NCBI GenBank assembly: GCA_041650995.1
Contig: JBAZJZ010000001.1
Coordinates: 299,302 to 363,301, forward strand
DNA: 64,000 nucleotides
Source: Patescibacteria group bacterium
Lineage (GTDB): Bacteria > Patescibacteriota > Patescibacteriia > XYB2-FULL-38-15
Direction: 5' to 3'
Position 1 is the stretch's first letter. Each line of letters opens with the position of its first letter. This document shows, one piece after another, positions 40,694 through 51,443 of this stretch. A program made the position numbers and the translations under genes. The notes beneath the pieces were generated by a model. It ran no database searches, was not told where the DNA came from, and worked only from the letters and a program-made list of their open reading frames with translations.

Positions 40694-42061
40694 TTTTTTC
40701 AACAACAATTCTCCAACTCGCCAAACGTCTCCCGCGCCCATTGTGATTACCACATCTCCACTTTTCACTTCTTTCGCCAAAAACTCCGCCGCTTCAGAAA
40801 TAGTCGAAATATAGAGAGCATCCTTGCCCTCTTTTTTTATTAATTCAACGAGCTCGCCGGAACTTACTCCGCCGGCGACTTCGCGCGCCGAACCATAAAT
40901 ATCAATCACAATTGTTTTATCAACCGCGCCAAATGATTTTGCAAAATCAGAAAGCAACGCTTTAGTTCTTGTAAAAGTGTGCGGATGGAAAACGCACCAA
41001 ATTCGCCGGCCAGGATATTTTTGCCGCGCCGCTTCAAGCGTTACTTTAATTTCTGTTGGATGATGACCGTAATCGTCAATCACTAAAACGCCGCCCGCCT
41101 CTGCTTTTATTTCAAACCGCCGAACCGCGCCTGAAAATTTTTCTAATGCCTCGCGAATTTTTTCTAAATCAAAACCCAACTCTCTCGCCGTGGCGATTAC
41201 CGCCAAAGCGTTTGCCACATTATGATTACCGAATAACTGAATTTTAAAAATCCCATGCGATTCGCCATATTCCAAAACTTCAAATTCCATTCCGCAGACG
41301 CGCGCTAAAATATTCTCTGCTCGCCAGTCGCCAGCTGTCAATCCATAGGAAATTATTTTACACTTTGCCGACTTAGAAATTTCTAAAACACTTTTATCAT
41401 CCCCGCACGCTACCAAAAATCCGTCTACTGGAATTTTTTCCACAAACTTTCTGAAAGCATCATTATATTCTTCTGGAGTTTTGAAAAAATCCGGATGATC
41501 ATATTCCGCGCTCGTCAAAATTATTGCCCGCGGATCAAAATACAAAAATTTATTTTGATATTCATCAGCTTCAATAACAACATACTTTCCTCCGCCAGCC
41601 CGGGCGTTTCCTCCGAGTTGCGGCACCGCCGAACCAACAATCACCGTTGGATCCGCGCCCAATTCCCGCAAAACAAATCCGAGCATTGCCGTGGTTGTCG
41701 TTTTTCCGTGCGTGCCAGAAATCGCGATCCCAAAACCTTCTTTCAAAATTTGTCCGAGCGCCTCCGGATAACTTAAAATCGCAACTCCACTTTTCCGCGC
41801 CGCGGCCAATTCCGGATTTTCTTCAGTATAAGCCGTGGAATAAATTACTAAATCCGGTTTTTCCGCCGCTAAATTTTTTGCATCAAATCCTTCATAAAAT
41901 TTTATTCCATTTTTCGCCAAAACTTCGTCAGTAAAAAACTTCTCATGCGTATCGGAACCAGTAACTTCCGCTCCGCGCAATTTAAAAACTTGGGCAATCG
42001 CGGTCATGCCTACGCCCTTTATGCCGATGAAATAAATTTTCTTGGAATCTTTTAAATTCAT
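40685..42061 (-). CDS. murC: UDP-N-acetylmuramate--L-alanine ligase
   Basis: GIKGVGM, GTHGKTTT, EADE and DDYGHHPTE. Confidence 0.95.
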   Translation of the reverse strand: MNLKDSKKIYFIGIKGVGMTAIAQVFKLRGAEVTGSDTHEKFFTDEVLAKNGIKFYEGFDAKNLAAEKPDLVIYSTAYTEENPELAAARKSGVAILSYPEALGQILKEGFGIAISGTHGKTTTTAMLGFVLRELGADPTVIVGSAVPQLGGNARAGGGKYVVIEADEYQNKFLYFDPRAIILTSAEYDHPDFFKTPEEYNDAFRKFVEKIPVDGFLVACGDDKSVLEISKSAKCKIISYGLTAGDWRAENILARVCGMEFEVLEYGESHGIFKIQLFGNHNVANALAVIATARELGFDLEKIREALEKFSGAVRRFEIKAEAGGVLVIDDYGHHPTEIKVTLEAARQKYPGRRIWCVFHPHTFTRTKALLSDFAKSFGAVDKTIVIDIYGSAREVAGGVSSGELVELIKKEGKDALYISTISEAAEFLAKEVKSGDVVITMGAGDVWRVGELLLKKLV

Positions 42062-42072
42062 CTCTCACAGAC

Positions 42073-42161
42073 TGTCATTCTCGCCCCGCATCAAGTGCGG
42101 GGTAAACTCCAGCGGGAATCCAGGAATAGGAACTGGATCCCCGATCAGGTCGGGGATGACA
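42073..42161. repeat. GTCA-type REP doublet with a nested palindrome
   Basis: tgtcattctcgc[cccgcatcaagtgcggggtaaactcc]agcgggaatccag...ctggatccccgatcaggtcggggatgaca belongs to the same family as the GIY-YIG flanks. Confidence 0.75.
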
Positions 42162-42185
42162 ATATTATTTTGATTTTTCATCCTA

Positions 42186-42917
42186 TCACTTTTTCGCGAT
42201 TGTGACAATATTCTTCCCGTTCCAAAAATGCGCTTTTTTATCATCAATTGAATAAAAATTTTCTAAAATTTCAAAGCCTGATTCTTTGACGAGACGTTTC
42301 AATTCCCGTAAAGTAAAAGCGTGAACATAGCGTTCGGCCATAACCTTACCGGTTTCAGAACTCTTCCAAGGAACCGAGGCATCGCCAAAATCCAAATCGC
42401 TCCGGCCTAATAATTTTAAAATAATATTTTTCGTGACAAGCATCAGGTATTTTTTTCGGAATAGTGCCCAGTTGGTCATAATTAAAAAGCCGTTTGGCGC
42501 AAGAACCCGGCCGACATTTTCCAAAACTTTCTTGCGCAAATCCCGGGATGGTATGTGGTGCAAAGTGGCAATCAAAAAAACCACGTTATATTTTTCACCT
42601 TTCCACCAATCCAAATTTATCGCGTCGCCCAATAAAAATTTCCGAGATGCGTTTTCACCCCATCTTTTTTTAGCAAGATCCAAAAGTTCTGACGAATTAT
42701 CAACGCCGGTATAATCGATTGACTTATCTTTTAGAACCTCGTACAATCTTCCATTGCCGCAACCCAAATCAAGCACACGATCGCCCGACCCTAAACTTTC
42801 GGCAAAATCACGCATCTCATCCCAAAATTTTTGTCTTTTTGCCGAAAACTGAGGCGCGATAATCGCGTAATCAGTCTTAACTTTATTTAATATTTTTCCC
42901 GCGACTTCTTTTTTCAT
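42186..42917 (-). CDS. Class I SAM methyltransferase, Trm9/ALKBH8-like
   Basis: Y..IA..FS..R...W, VLDLGCGNGR, IATLHHIP and RYVHAF...EL. Confidence 0.8.
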   Translation of the reverse strand: MKKEVAGKILNKVKTDYAIIAPQFSAKRQKFWDEMRDFAESLGSGDRVLDLGCGNGRLYEVLKDKSIDYTGVDNSSELLDLAKKRWGENASRKFLLGDAINLDWWKGEKYNVVFLIATLHHIPSRDLRKKVLENVGRVLAPNGFLIMTNWALFRKKYLMLVTKNIILKLLGRSDLDFGDASVPWKSSETGKVMAERYVHAFTLRELKRLVKESGFEILENFYSIDDKKAHFWNGKNIVTIAKK

Positions 42918-42927
42918 TTTAATTATT

Positions 42928-42973
42928 GCCTGAGCTTGTCGAAGGCCCTTCGACTCACTTCGTTCGTTCAGGG
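42928..42973. repeat. Small palindromic repeat (cctgagcttgtcgaagg family)
   Basis: gcctgagcttgtcgaagg-cccttcgactcacttcgttcgttcaggg fills the divergent intergenic gap. Confidence 0.55.
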
Positions 42974-42991
42974 AATAAAATATAAAGTCAG

Positions 42992-44560
42992 ATGAACACC
43001 ATCGAAACCATCACTAAAAAAATTATCAAATCACGGCCAGAAAGCCGTGCCGACTTGGCGCAGATTAAACGCCAGACCGCGGGTAAATTTAAATTACCGC
43101 CGCCTCTCTCCGCTGATATTTTTAAAATTTATAAAAAACTTTTGCGGCAGAAAAAAATTAAACGCGACGAACGGCTGGAATTGCTTTTGAAAAAACGCGA
43201 AGTGCGGACAATTTCCGGCGTCGCGCCCATTGCCGTTTTAACAAAATTCTATCCTTGTCCTGGAAAATGCGCATATTGCCCAACAGAAAAAAACATGCCA
43301 AAATCTTATCTTTCCAACGAACCGGCTGTAATGCGCGCCATCACTTTTAATTTTGATCCCCAAAAACAAGTTGCCGGGAGAATTAAGGTTTTGGAAATGA
43401 ACGGACACCCCACCGACAAACTGGAATTGATTGTTATCGGCGGAACCTGGTCTGCTCTGCCCGACCGCTACCAAAAATGGTTTATCCAAAAATGTTTTGA
43501 CGGGGCGAACGGCAGAAAATCTTCTTCACTTGCCTCGGCGCAAAAAATAAACGAAACTGCCAAACACAGAATTATCGGCATTACTCTTGAAACCCGCCCT
43601 GATTATATTACACCCGTTGAAATAAAGCGAATGCGCGAACTTGGAGCCACAAGAGTTGAACTCGGCGTCCAAAGCATTTACAATTCTATCTTACAGCGAA
43701 ACCGCCGCGGGCACAATGTCGCCGAAACTATCCGCGCCACGAAATTGCTAAAAGACGCTGGCTTTAAAATTTGTTATCACATGATGCCCAATCTTCCAGG
43801 TTCCACACTAGCTAAAGATTTTAAAATGTTCCGCGAAATTTTTACGAATCCAGATTTCCAGTCGGATATGCTTAAAATTTATCCCTGCGTTGTGACGCGC
43901 GATTCAGAAATTTATAAATGGTGGAAACAGGGGAAATATAAACCATACACAGAAAAACAACTCGTGGAGCTGCTCATTAATATTAAAAAATTTCTCCCGC
44001 CTTACGTCCGCGTGAATCGTTTAATCCGCGACATCCCGAGCCCAAGCATTGCCGCGGGAAATAAAGTTTCTAATCTGCGCGAAGTTGTTACCGCGGAAAT
44101 GGCGCAACGCGGGCTACGATGCAAATGCATCCGCTGCCGGGAAGTCGGCCACCAAAAAAATCTCAAACACTCTGCTCCTAAACTATCCGTAAAAAAATAT
44201 CTGGCATCAGACGGCACGGAATATTTTATAAGTTTTGATTCGCCAGATAAAAAAATACTCTACGCTTTTGTCAGATTACGAATTCCTAACTTAAAAACCG
44301 ATCCCATTTTACCAGAGTTAAAAAATGCAGCGCTTATCCGTGAATTGCACACTTACGGTCATCTTGTTCCAATTGATAAAAAATCTCCCGGCGCGACACA
44401 GCATCTTGGACTGGGAAAAAAATTAATGGCCGAAGCGGAAAAAATCGCGCGAAAATCAGGCGTAAAAAAAATGGCCGTCATCTCCGGCGTCGGCGTCCGT
44501 GAATACTACAAAAAAATTGGATATCAAAAAGACGGAACTTACGTGACAAAAAATTTATAA
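42992..44560 (+). CDS. elp3: Elongator protein 3 (tRNA U34 carboxymethyltransferase; radical SAM + KAT)
   Basis: CPGKCAYCP, ETRPD, VELGVQS, HMMPNLPG, RELHTYG, QHLGLGKKLM and VISGVGVREYY. Confidence 0.95.
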   Translation: MNTIETITKKIIKSRPESRADLAQIKRQTAGKFKLPPPLSADIFKIYKKLLRQKKIKRDERLELLLKKREVRTISGVAPIAVLTKFYPCPGKCAYCPTEKNMPKSYLSNEPAVMRAITFNFDPQKQVAGRIKVLEMNGHPTDKLELIVIGGTWSALPDRYQKWFIQKCFDGANGRKSSSLASAQKINETAKHRIIGITLETRPDYITPVEIKRMRELGATRVELGVQSIYNSILQRNRRGHNVAETIRATKLLKDAGFKICYHMMPNLPGSTLAKDFKMFREIFTNPDFQSDMLKIYPCVVTRDSEIYKWWKQGKYKPYTEKQLVELLINIKKFLPPYVRVNRLIRDIPSPSIAAGNKVSNLREVVTAEMAQRGLRCKCIRCREVGHQKNLKHSAPKLSVKKYLASDGTEYFISFDSPDKKILYAFVRLRIPNLKTDPILPELKNAALIRELHTYGHLVPIDKKSPGATQHLGLGKKLMAEAEKIARKSGVKKMAVISGVGVREYYKKIGYQKDGTYVTKNL

Positions 44561-44625
44561 AGAAAGCCCGCCTAACCGGTGGGTTTTTGAAATAAAAAAC
44601 TCCCGGGAATTTCACTTCACGGGAG

Positions 44626-44964
44626 TCACTCATTACGGCAAGAAAGAAAACCGTTGTCTTCCGCCGTTTCGAGAAAATCCAACATTTCCTCGCAGACCGA
44701 GCCGCAATACGGATCGCTCCGCCCCCTTTCAATGTAGGCGCCGAACTCCTCGCGTAAGCGCTGTAAATCCTGAAGGGCGTTACGTATAATTGCTCTTCTC
44801 TTTTCAGAGGACAACCCGATGCCCTGACAAGAGGCCGCCTCCATGCGCGCTATCGAAATATGCAGATGCAGCGCTAGAACCGCGTCGGCGCTCGGTCGAA
44901 CCACCTCGGTTTTGGCAGTGCAACCAACGAACGCAGCCAAGAGAATCGCGTAAATTTTCTTCAT
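44626..44964 (-). CDS. GC-rich putative lipoprotein (paralog B)
   Basis: Lipobox in MKKIYAILLAAFVGC; C-terminal YCGSVCEEMLDFLETAEDNGF. Confidence 0.65.
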   Translation of the reverse strand: MKKIYAILLAAFVGCTAKTEVVRPSADAVLALHLHISIARMEAASCQGIGLSSEKRRAIIRNALQDLQRLREEFGAYIERGRSDPYCGSVCEEMLDFLETAEDNGFLSCRNE

Positions 44965-44975
44965 CGCCCCTCCTC

Positions 44976-45386
44976 TCATGGCCGGCAGAAAAAACCGTTC
45001 TGCCTTGCCTCTTCCAGGAACTTAGTTATCTCGAGGCAGACTGGACCGCAGTAACAGTCAGTCCGTCCCGCCGCGTGGTAAACGTCGAACTCCGCACCGA
45101 GACGACTCACGTCGCGCTCGGCAGCATTTCTCACGGCTTGTCTTGCACCAACTTCCGACATCGCTGCCTCGCAGATTCCGACTTCTGTCCGCCAAGCAGC
45201 CAGCTGGTAGTACTGTCCGGCAGTTCCGCCAAGTGTTGGTTCGCAGGTAACTACCTCGACTGTAACCGGATCAGTTGGCTCTGACAAACTTCCGCCACAA
45301 CCGAAAACGAGAAACAGGAGCCCCAGAATGGCGCCGATTCCTCCGCCATAGTAACGCCGTTGTAGCGTGTATCCACTCTGTTCCAT
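44976..45386 (-). CDS. GC-rich putative lipoprotein (paralog A)
   Basis: Lipobox LLFLVFGC; C-terminal YCGPVCLEITKFLEEARQNGF. Confidence 0.65.
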   Translation of the reverse strand: MEQSGYTLQRRYYGGGIGAILGLLFLVFGCGGSLSEPTDPVTVEVVTCEPTLGGTAGQYYQLAAWRTEVGICEAAMSEVGARQAVRNAAERDVSRLGAEFDVYHAAGRTDCYCGPVCLEITKFLEEARQNGFFCRP

Positions 45387-45487
45387 CCCTCAACCCTCCT
45401 TCTATCGCTCGTTTCAGGCGAATATAAAATTTTCTAACTTTTTTTGCTTTTTGTCAAGGAGAGATGTAAAATAAAAACACCCATCCT

Positions 45488-45900
45488 TGTCATTCCCGCG
45501 AAAGCGGGAATCCAGTTTTATGAAAAATTATTATGTTTATATAATGACAAACCGACGAAATGGTACGCTATACATTGGAGTAACAAATGATTTAACCCGC
45601 AGAGTTTACGAACACAAACATAATTTAGCAGATGGATTTACTAAAAAGTATAACATACACCTATTGGTGTATTACGAGGGAACGCCCAATGTTGTAAGCT
45701 CTATTCAAAGAGAAAAACAACTCAAGAAATGGAATAGAAAATGGAAACTTGCACTAATTGAAAAAATTAATCCCGAATGGGAAGATTTATATAATAAAAT
45801 AATTCAATGACTACACTCTTTGTCATCCTCAATTTAAAGCCACAAGTGGCCTTGACCCGGAGATCCAGCGATCTGGATTCCCGCTTTCGCGGGAATGACA
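45488..45900. mobile_element. GIY-YIG gene flanked by a perfect 28-bp inverted REP pair
   Basis: tgtcattcccgcgaaagcgggaatccag (45488-45515) and its exact reverse complement (45873-45900), plus an extra REP at 45821-45868. Confidence 0.75.
45520..45810 (+). CDS. GIY-YIG nuclease family protein
   Basis: YYVYIM...TLYIGVTNDL.RRVYEHK...REKQLKKWNRKWK..LIE..NPEW.DL. Confidence 0.93.
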   Translation: MKNYYVYIMTNRRNGTLYIGVTNDLTRRVYEHKHNLADGFTKKYNIHLLVYYEGTPNVVSSIQREKQLKKWNRKWKLALIEKINPEWEDLYNKIIQ

Positions 45901-45913
45901 TTGTGGGTCGGGC

Positions 45914-47209
45914 ATGACAAATACAACTATGTCTTTTTTATCAAAATTCGATCCCGAAATCGCAAACGCGATTGAAAATGAAATTAACCGCCAGCGGTCT
46001 GGTCTCGAAATGATCGCTTCGGAAAATATCGTTTCCCGCGCAGTTTTGGAAGCCATGGGCACGCCACTCACCAATAAATATTCCGAGGGTTATCCTGGCA
46101 AACGTTATTATGGTGGAAATCAGTTTATTGACGTCTCGGAAAATCTGGCCATTGACCGCGCAAAAAAAATCTTTAACGCCGAGCATGCCAATGTCCAGCC
46201 GCACTCCGGCAGCCAGGCCAACGCCGCGGCTTATTTGGCGCTTTTGAATCCTGGCGACAAAATTTTAGCCATGAACTTGGCGCACGGCGGACATCTTTCG
46301 CACGGCTCGCCTGTAAATTTTTCTGGAAAATTTTATAATGTTGTTTTTTACGGGGTGGACAAAGATACCGGCCGAATTGATATGGATGAAGTCAAAGAAA
46401 TCGCGCTTCGGGAAAAACCGCGCCTGATTTTGACTGGAGCTTCGGCTTATCCTCGCGAGATTGATTTTGCCGCTTTTCAAAAAATTGCTGATGAAGTTGG
46501 AGCGTATTTAATGGCTGACATTGCTCATATCGCCGGACTCGTTGCCGCGAAAATTCATCCTAATCCAATTCCCGTTTGCGACGTTGTGACGACCACGACT
46601 CACAAAACTTTACGCGGTCCGCGCGGCGCTTTAATTTTATCAAAAATTGCCGACCGCCTGCGCCCGGAAGATAAAAAAAATCTGGCGCAAAAAATTGACT
46701 CGGCCGTTTTCCCGGGAATGCAAGGCGGTCCGCTTGAACATATAATCGCCGCCAAAGCCGTGGCCTTTCTCGAAGCGCTCCAGCCGGATTTCATTGAATA
46801 CCAAAAACAAATTGTAAAAAATGCCAAAGTTCTGGCGGAGACATTGCTTGGCGGCGGATTAAAATTAGTTTCCGGCGGCACGGATAATCATCTGATTTTG
46901 ATTGACCTCTCCGAGACCGGCCTCGGAGGAAAACAAGTTGAAGACGCGCTGGGCGAAGTGGAAATTTATGTCAACAAAAACATGATTCCTTTTGACACTA
47001 GAAAACCGACCGATCCTTCCGGCATTCGTCTTGGCACCCCAGCCTTGACTACTCGCGGCATGAAAGAAGATGAAATGAAAAAAGTTGGCGAAATGATTGT
47101 AAAAATTATAAAAAATATTTCCGATGAAAATGTAAAAAAAGAAGTCCGCGAAAGTGTTCACGGACTTGTGACGAAGTTCCCGATCTATCCGGGGCTGACT
47201 GTTTTGTAG
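45914..47209 (+). CDS. glyA: Serine hydroxymethyltransferase
   Basis: [21 protein letters not shown] and [13 protein letters not shown]. Confidence 0.97.
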   Translation: MTNTTMSFLSKFDPEIANAIENEINRQRSGLEMIASENIVSRAVLEAMGTPLTNKYSEGYPGKRYYGGNQFIDVSENLAIDRAKKIFNAEHANVQPHSGSQANAAAYLALLNPGDKILAMNLAHGGHLSHGSPVNFSGKFYNVVFYGVDKDTGRIDMDEVKEIALREKPRLILTGASAYPREIDFAAFQKIADEVGAYLMADIAHIAGLVAAKIHPNPIPVCDVVTTTTHKTLRGPRGALILSKIADRLRPEDKKNLAQKIDSAVFPGMQGGPLEHIIAAKAVAFLEALQPDFIEYQKQIVKNAKVLAETLLGGGLKLVSGGTDNHLILIDLSETGLGGKQVEDALGEVEIYVNKNMIPFDTRKPTDPSGIRLGTPALTTRGMKEDEMKKVGEMIVKIIKNISDENVKKEVRESVHGLVTKFPIYPGLTVL

Positions 47210-47222
47210 TAGAGGCGCCCGG

Positions 47223-47411
47223 CTACTTCATACGAGGCTTGGCCATGCTAGCGATCAAGAGTGAAACAATGATCAGCTCAACTGGCCGCACGTATTCCGT
47301 AATACCTACGGTGAAGTGCCGATAGATAATCCACCCGAATATCCCGATGTAGGGAATGAGGAAATCCGCCACTTGCCACACACGCCTAATCAGGCTTTTC
47401 TTCTCACCCAT
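47223..47411 (-). CDS. Small two-TM orphan protein
   Basis: 62 aa, AAGGAGG RBS, and a promoter-like site at 47437-47462. Confidence 0.55.
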   Translation of the reverse strand: MGEKKSLIRRVWQVADFLIPYIGIFGWIIYRHFTVGITEYVRPVELIIVSLLIASMAKPRMK

Positions 47412-47465
47412 TTCTGTCCTCCTTTCCGAGAAAACTTAACATGATTTTAAAAAAATGTCAAGGAT

Positions 47466-48290
47466 ATGCCCGCTCAAATAATTGATGGCAAAAAAATCGC
47501 CGCGGAAATCCGCGTGGAAATAAAAAAAGAAATCGCTGAATCGGGAATTACACCCGGTTTGGCCGTGATTTTAGTTGGGGCTGATCCGGCCTCGCATTTG
47601 TATGTTGGCCTTAAAGAAAAAGCCGCCGCCGAAGCTGGCATTCATTTTGAAAAATATTTATTTTTCGCCACTGAGCCAGAAGAAAAAATTACTATGAAAA
47701 TTCAGGAACTAAACGCCCGGCCGGATATCCACGGAATCCTGGTTCAGCTTCCCCTGCCAGGCGGCTACGACGAAAGTAAAATCATCGCCGCGATTGATCC
47801 AAAAAAAGACGCCGATGGTTTTCATCCGGAAAATATTAAAAAACTTATTTCTGCCGCGCCGGAAATTATTCCACCAGTCGTCTCTGGAATTTTAAAATTG
47901 ATTGAATCAACCGGCGTGGAATTAAAAAATAAAAAAATCGCCATCTTGGCGAACAGCGAAATTCTAGCAAAACCGCTGGAAAAAATTCTAACAGGTAATG
48001 ATATCCAAACCATCATCGCCCCGGAAACATTGACCACAGAAATTGCCGACGCCGATATCATTATCTCGGCGCTTGGCCGAGCAAAAATTATAACTGCCGA
48101 CGCCATAAAACCCGGCGCGATTTTGGTTGATGTCGGAACAACTCGGCTGGATGACGGCACAACGGTCGGCGACGTTGACTTTGAATCAGTAGCCGCGAAG
48201 GCCAGCTGGATTACGCCCGTTCCCGGAGGCGTTGGACCAATGACCGTGGCAATGCTCTTGCAAAATGTCGTGAACATCGCAAAAAAATAA
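47466..48290 (+). CDS. folD: Methylene-THF dehydrogenase/cyclohydrolase
   Basis: HGILVQLPLP, KDADG and TPVPGGVGPMTVAML. Confidence 0.96.
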   Translation: MPAQIIDGKKIAAEIRVEIKKEIAESGITPGLAVILVGADPASHLYVGLKEKAAAEAGIHFEKYLFFATEPEEKITMKIQELNARPDIHGILVQLPLPGGYDESKIIAAIDPKKDADGFHPENIKKLISAAPEIIPPVVSGILKLIESTGVELKNKKIAILANSEILAKPLEKILTGNDIQTIIAPETLTTEIADADIIISALGRAKIITADAIKPGAILVDVGTTRLDDGTTVGDVDFESVAAKASWITPVPGGVGPMTVAMLLQNVVNIAKK

Positions 48291-48329
48291 TTCTAAAAAC
48301 ACGGCCCTCGAGACGTGTTTTTTATTCTC

Positions 48330-48770
48330 TTAAATTTTGTATAGTAGCCAATTTTTCCCTTCCATTTTTACCAGCGCATAATCGCCTTTCAATTTCTCGC
48401 CATACATTTCAATTTTCATGGCCTTGGTATTTTTCTCTTTCAAAATAAATTTCCCCTTGTCCCAAATCAACACTTTTCCCGCGCCGTATTGGCCCTCGGG
48501 AATTACGCCCTCAAAATCAATATATTCAACCGGATGATCCTCAACTTGCACCGCCAACCGCTTTACTCCCGCGACCTCCGGCGGACCCTTTGGCACAGCC
48601 CAAGATTTTAAAACTCCATCCATTTCCAGACGAAAATCATAATGCAAGTGTCTCGCGTGGTGCTCTTGAACAACAAACCGACTTTGGCCGGTTTTTTTAA
48701 TTTCACCCCTTGGTTCAGAAGTAACGGAAAATTTTCTTTTTACCCGATAATTTTTTAAATCCGAAGCCAC
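48330..48770 (-). CDS. Stand-alone LigD 3'-phosphoesterase domain protein
   Basis: [29 protein letters not shown] and EDHP.EY..FEG.IP.G.YGAG. Confidence 0.9.
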   Translation of the reverse strand: MASDLKNYRVKRKFSVTSEPRGEIKKTGQSRFVVQEHHARHLHYDFRLEMDGVLKSWAVPKGPPEVAGVKRLAVQVEDHPVEYIDFEGVIPEGQYGAGKVLIWDKGKFILKEKNTKAMKIEMYGEKLKGDYALVKMEGKNWLLYKI

Positions 48771-48781
48771 AAAATTTTTCT

Positions 48782-49918
48782 TTAGAATTCAGGATAAATT
48801 ACTTTATAAATAATTCCCAAAATAAATACAAACGCCACCAGACTCAAGACCCATTCGGAAATTTTAACTTTATATTCCGGAGTTCTTTTCCCTTCTTTTT
48901 CCGCCTTGAGCCAAATCAAAATTATCAAAAGCCCCTCGATTCCTCCGAGCACCGCGCCGGTAAAAGCAGCGACAGAAATAAATTCCGGTCGAGCCAAAAG
49001 AAAAATTATAAATGGAACCAGGCATGCCAAAAGCCAGGAAAGCCAGCCATTCACCTTGTAATCTAATTTAAAAATCTCTTTGAGATTCAGTCCCAAAACA
49101 AGAAAAGAAGTAGTAATAGCCAAAAAACCGAAAATCGCGCCAAAGAGAACAATATTGCTTCCAAGCGGCCCGACTAAACCGCTGATTGCTTCTGACGTGG
49201 TATTTTCTCCGCTGATCCCGATTACCACGAAAGAAAAAAGAATTGTAATGACAATCGGAATTGCCGTGCCCCAGATCAACGCCTTTTTCATTTTCTTTTC
49301 CTGGCCACGTAGCAAATCTCTGATTTCAGGAACTGCCGCCGCCCCACCTAGGGCGAATAAAATCACGCCGTAAGGGAAAAATATTTCTTTCAAATTCATG
49401 ACAAATAAATTTGGATACCAAACGTAAGACAGACCAAAAATAAAAATTATCGCTACTACGGCCAGAAGAAACATTGTCATCGCGAATTCAATCGGCGCCA
49501 CGAGGCGAAGGCCGACTCCGACCGTGAGCGACGTAACAATAAAAAATCCGATTTGATAAGCCAAAATCGTTCCGCCAAAAACCGGCGAGAGAAGCAGGTG
49601 TAAAAATTGTCCGCCAATAATTATATAGGCGATAAGCGCGCCGTAAAAAGAAAAAATTTGCGCCAGAGCCGCTACTATTTTTCCCTTACTCCCAAGATAT
49701 ATTTCCGCATAACCAACCAACCGATGTTTCCCTTCGGTGCGGAGAGCTACTTCACCATAGAGAACATGCACAAGCAATAGAAGCATGCCCAAAATAAAAA
49801 TATAAGTGGCGCCAAGAGCAAAGCCCACTTTCTCCACGGCGTAAGGCACGCCAAAAAGCCCCACTCCTACGATCATGCCAACCATCATGGCGATGGCATG
49901 AAAAAATCTTTTATTCAT
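48782..49918 (-). CDS. Aromatic amino acid / HAAAP-type permease
   Basis: [12 protein letters not shown], about 11 TMs, AITTSFL. Confidence 0.82.
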   Translation of the reverse strand: MNKRFFHAIAMMVGMIVGVGLFGVPYAVEKVGFALGATYIFILGMLLLLVHVLYGEVALRTEGKHRLVGYAEIYLGSKGKIVAALAQIFSFYGALIAYIIIGGQFLHLLLSPVFGGTILAYQIGFFIVTSLTVGVGLRLVAPIEFAMTMFLLAVVAIIFIFGLSYVWYPNLFVMNLKEIFFPYGVILFALGGAAAVPEIRDLLRGQEKKMKKALIWGTAIPIVITILFSFVVIGISGENTTSEAISGLVGPLGSNIVLFGAIFGFLAITTSFLVLGLNLKEIFKLDYKVNGWLSWLLACLVPFIIFLLARPEFISVAAFTGAVLGGIEGLLIILIWLKAEKEGKRTPEYKVKISEWVLSLVAFVFILGIIYKVIYPEF

Positions 49919-50075
49919 AACTCTCTAAAATTAGTTCTAATAGTTTAGAACATTATAACATAAACGAAATTATAACTCAAAATAAGGCTATTTTTAAACG
50001 TGGACAAAATGTGCAAAAATCCATTTGCCTTTTTCCCCCAAATCATCTAAGATTTAAGAACCTAAATTGCCAACT

Positions 50076-51440
50076 ATGGCTACCGAAAAAATCACTCCGC
50101 AAAATATTGAAGCCGAACAATCTCTTTTGGGAGCGCTTTTAATTGATAAAGATTCTGTCATCCGCGTTGCCGATATTGTCCGGACGGAAGATTTTTATAA
50201 AGAAAGCCACGCCGTGATTTATGAAGCGATCTTGGATCTTTTCGGTCGCCATGAGCCGATTGATATTTTAAGTTTAACTTCAAAACTTGAAGAACGCGAC
50301 AAATTGGAAATGATCGGCGGAAGAAGTTATTTGATGACTCTCGCTAATTCCGTCCCGACCGCCTCGCACGTTGTCCATTACGCCAATATTGTCCAGAAAA
50401 AAGCGACTTTACGACGGCTTCTAACCGCAGCCGGAGAAATCACCTCACTTGGCTACAACGAAGAAGAAGACGTGGAGGTTGTTTTGGATAAAGCTGAACA
50501 AAAACTTTTTTCCGTTTCCCAAAAATATTTAAAACAAATTTTCATCCCGATTAAAAATATTTTAACCGAAGCCTTTGATCGCATTGACGAATTGCATCGG
50601 GAAAAAGGAAAACTCCGAGGCCTCACGACCGGCTACCATGATTTGGATAATCTCTTGGCTGGGCTTCAAAAATCGGATCTTGTGATTTTAGCCGCCCGCC
50701 CTTCCGTCGGTAAAACTTCGCTTGCCTTGGATATCGCGCGAAATGTCGCTACCAAAGCAAAAGTCCCGGTCGGTATTTTTAGCTTGGAAATGTCAAAAGA
50801 ACAACTTGTTGACCGCCTACTCTGTTCCGAAGCCGGGGTGGATCTTTGGAAAATGCGCACGGGCAAACTGTCCGACCGTGATGAAGACGATGATTTTCCG
50901 CGTATCGGCCACGCCATGGGAACTCTTTCCGAAGCCCCGATTTTTATTGACGATTCGGCAACTTCAAATATAATGGAAATCCGGACTAAAGCCCGACGGC
51001 TTCAAATTGAAAACGGTTTGGGTCTTCTGATTATTGACTATTTGCAATTGATGGAATCCCGTTCGCAAAAAGCCGACAACCGCGTCCAAGAAGTCGCGGA
51101 AATCACGCGTTCGCTAAAAGGTATTGCTAGAGAATTAAATATCCCCGTGCTTGCCTTGTCTCAATTATCCCGCGCCGTGGAAGCGCGTTCCCCGGCCATC
51201 CCGAAACTCGCGGATCTCCGCGAATCGGGCTCAATCGAACAGGACGCCGACGTGGTTTTGTTTATTTATCGCAAAGCCATGGACCGCAACTTCCGCGAAA
51301 TAACTCCGGAAGAAAGAAACATCGCCGAAATTCACATTGCCAAACACAGAAACGGCCCGACCGGAATCGTCAATCTCTTCTTTGATGAAAACCGGGTCAG
51401 TTTTAAAAATTTGGAACGGCGCGCGGAAGAACAGCAATAG
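50076..51440 (+). CDS. dnaB: Replicative DNA helicase
   Basis: AARPSVGKT, FSLEMS, IIDYLQLM and DLRESGSIEQDAD. Confidence 0.97.
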   Translation: MATEKITPQNIEAEQSLLGALLIDKDSVIRVADIVRTEDFYKESHAVIYEAILDLFGRHEPIDILSLTSKLEERDKLEMIGGRSYLMTLANSVPTASHVVHYANIVQKKATLRRLLTAAGEITSLGYNEEEDVEVVLDKAEQKLFSVSQKYLKQIFIPIKNILTEAFDRIDELHREKGKLRGLTTGYHDLDNLLAGLQKSDLVILAARPSVGKTSLALDIARNVATKAKVPVGIFSLEMSKEQLVDRLLCSEAGVDLWKMRTGKLSDRDEDDDFPRIGHAMGTLSEAPIFIDDSATSNIMEIRTKARRLQIENGLGLLIIDYLQLMESRSQKADNRVQEVAEITRSLKGIARELNIPVLALSQLSRAVEARSPAIPKLADLRESGSIEQDADVVLFIYRKAMDRNFREITPEERNIAEIHIAKHRNGPTGIVNLFFDENRVSFKNLERRAEEQQ

Positions 51441-51443
51441 TTA

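Noticed and set aside
42065-42247. 60-aa ORF
   Set aside because: Translation of a REP element overlapping the methyltransferase 3' end.
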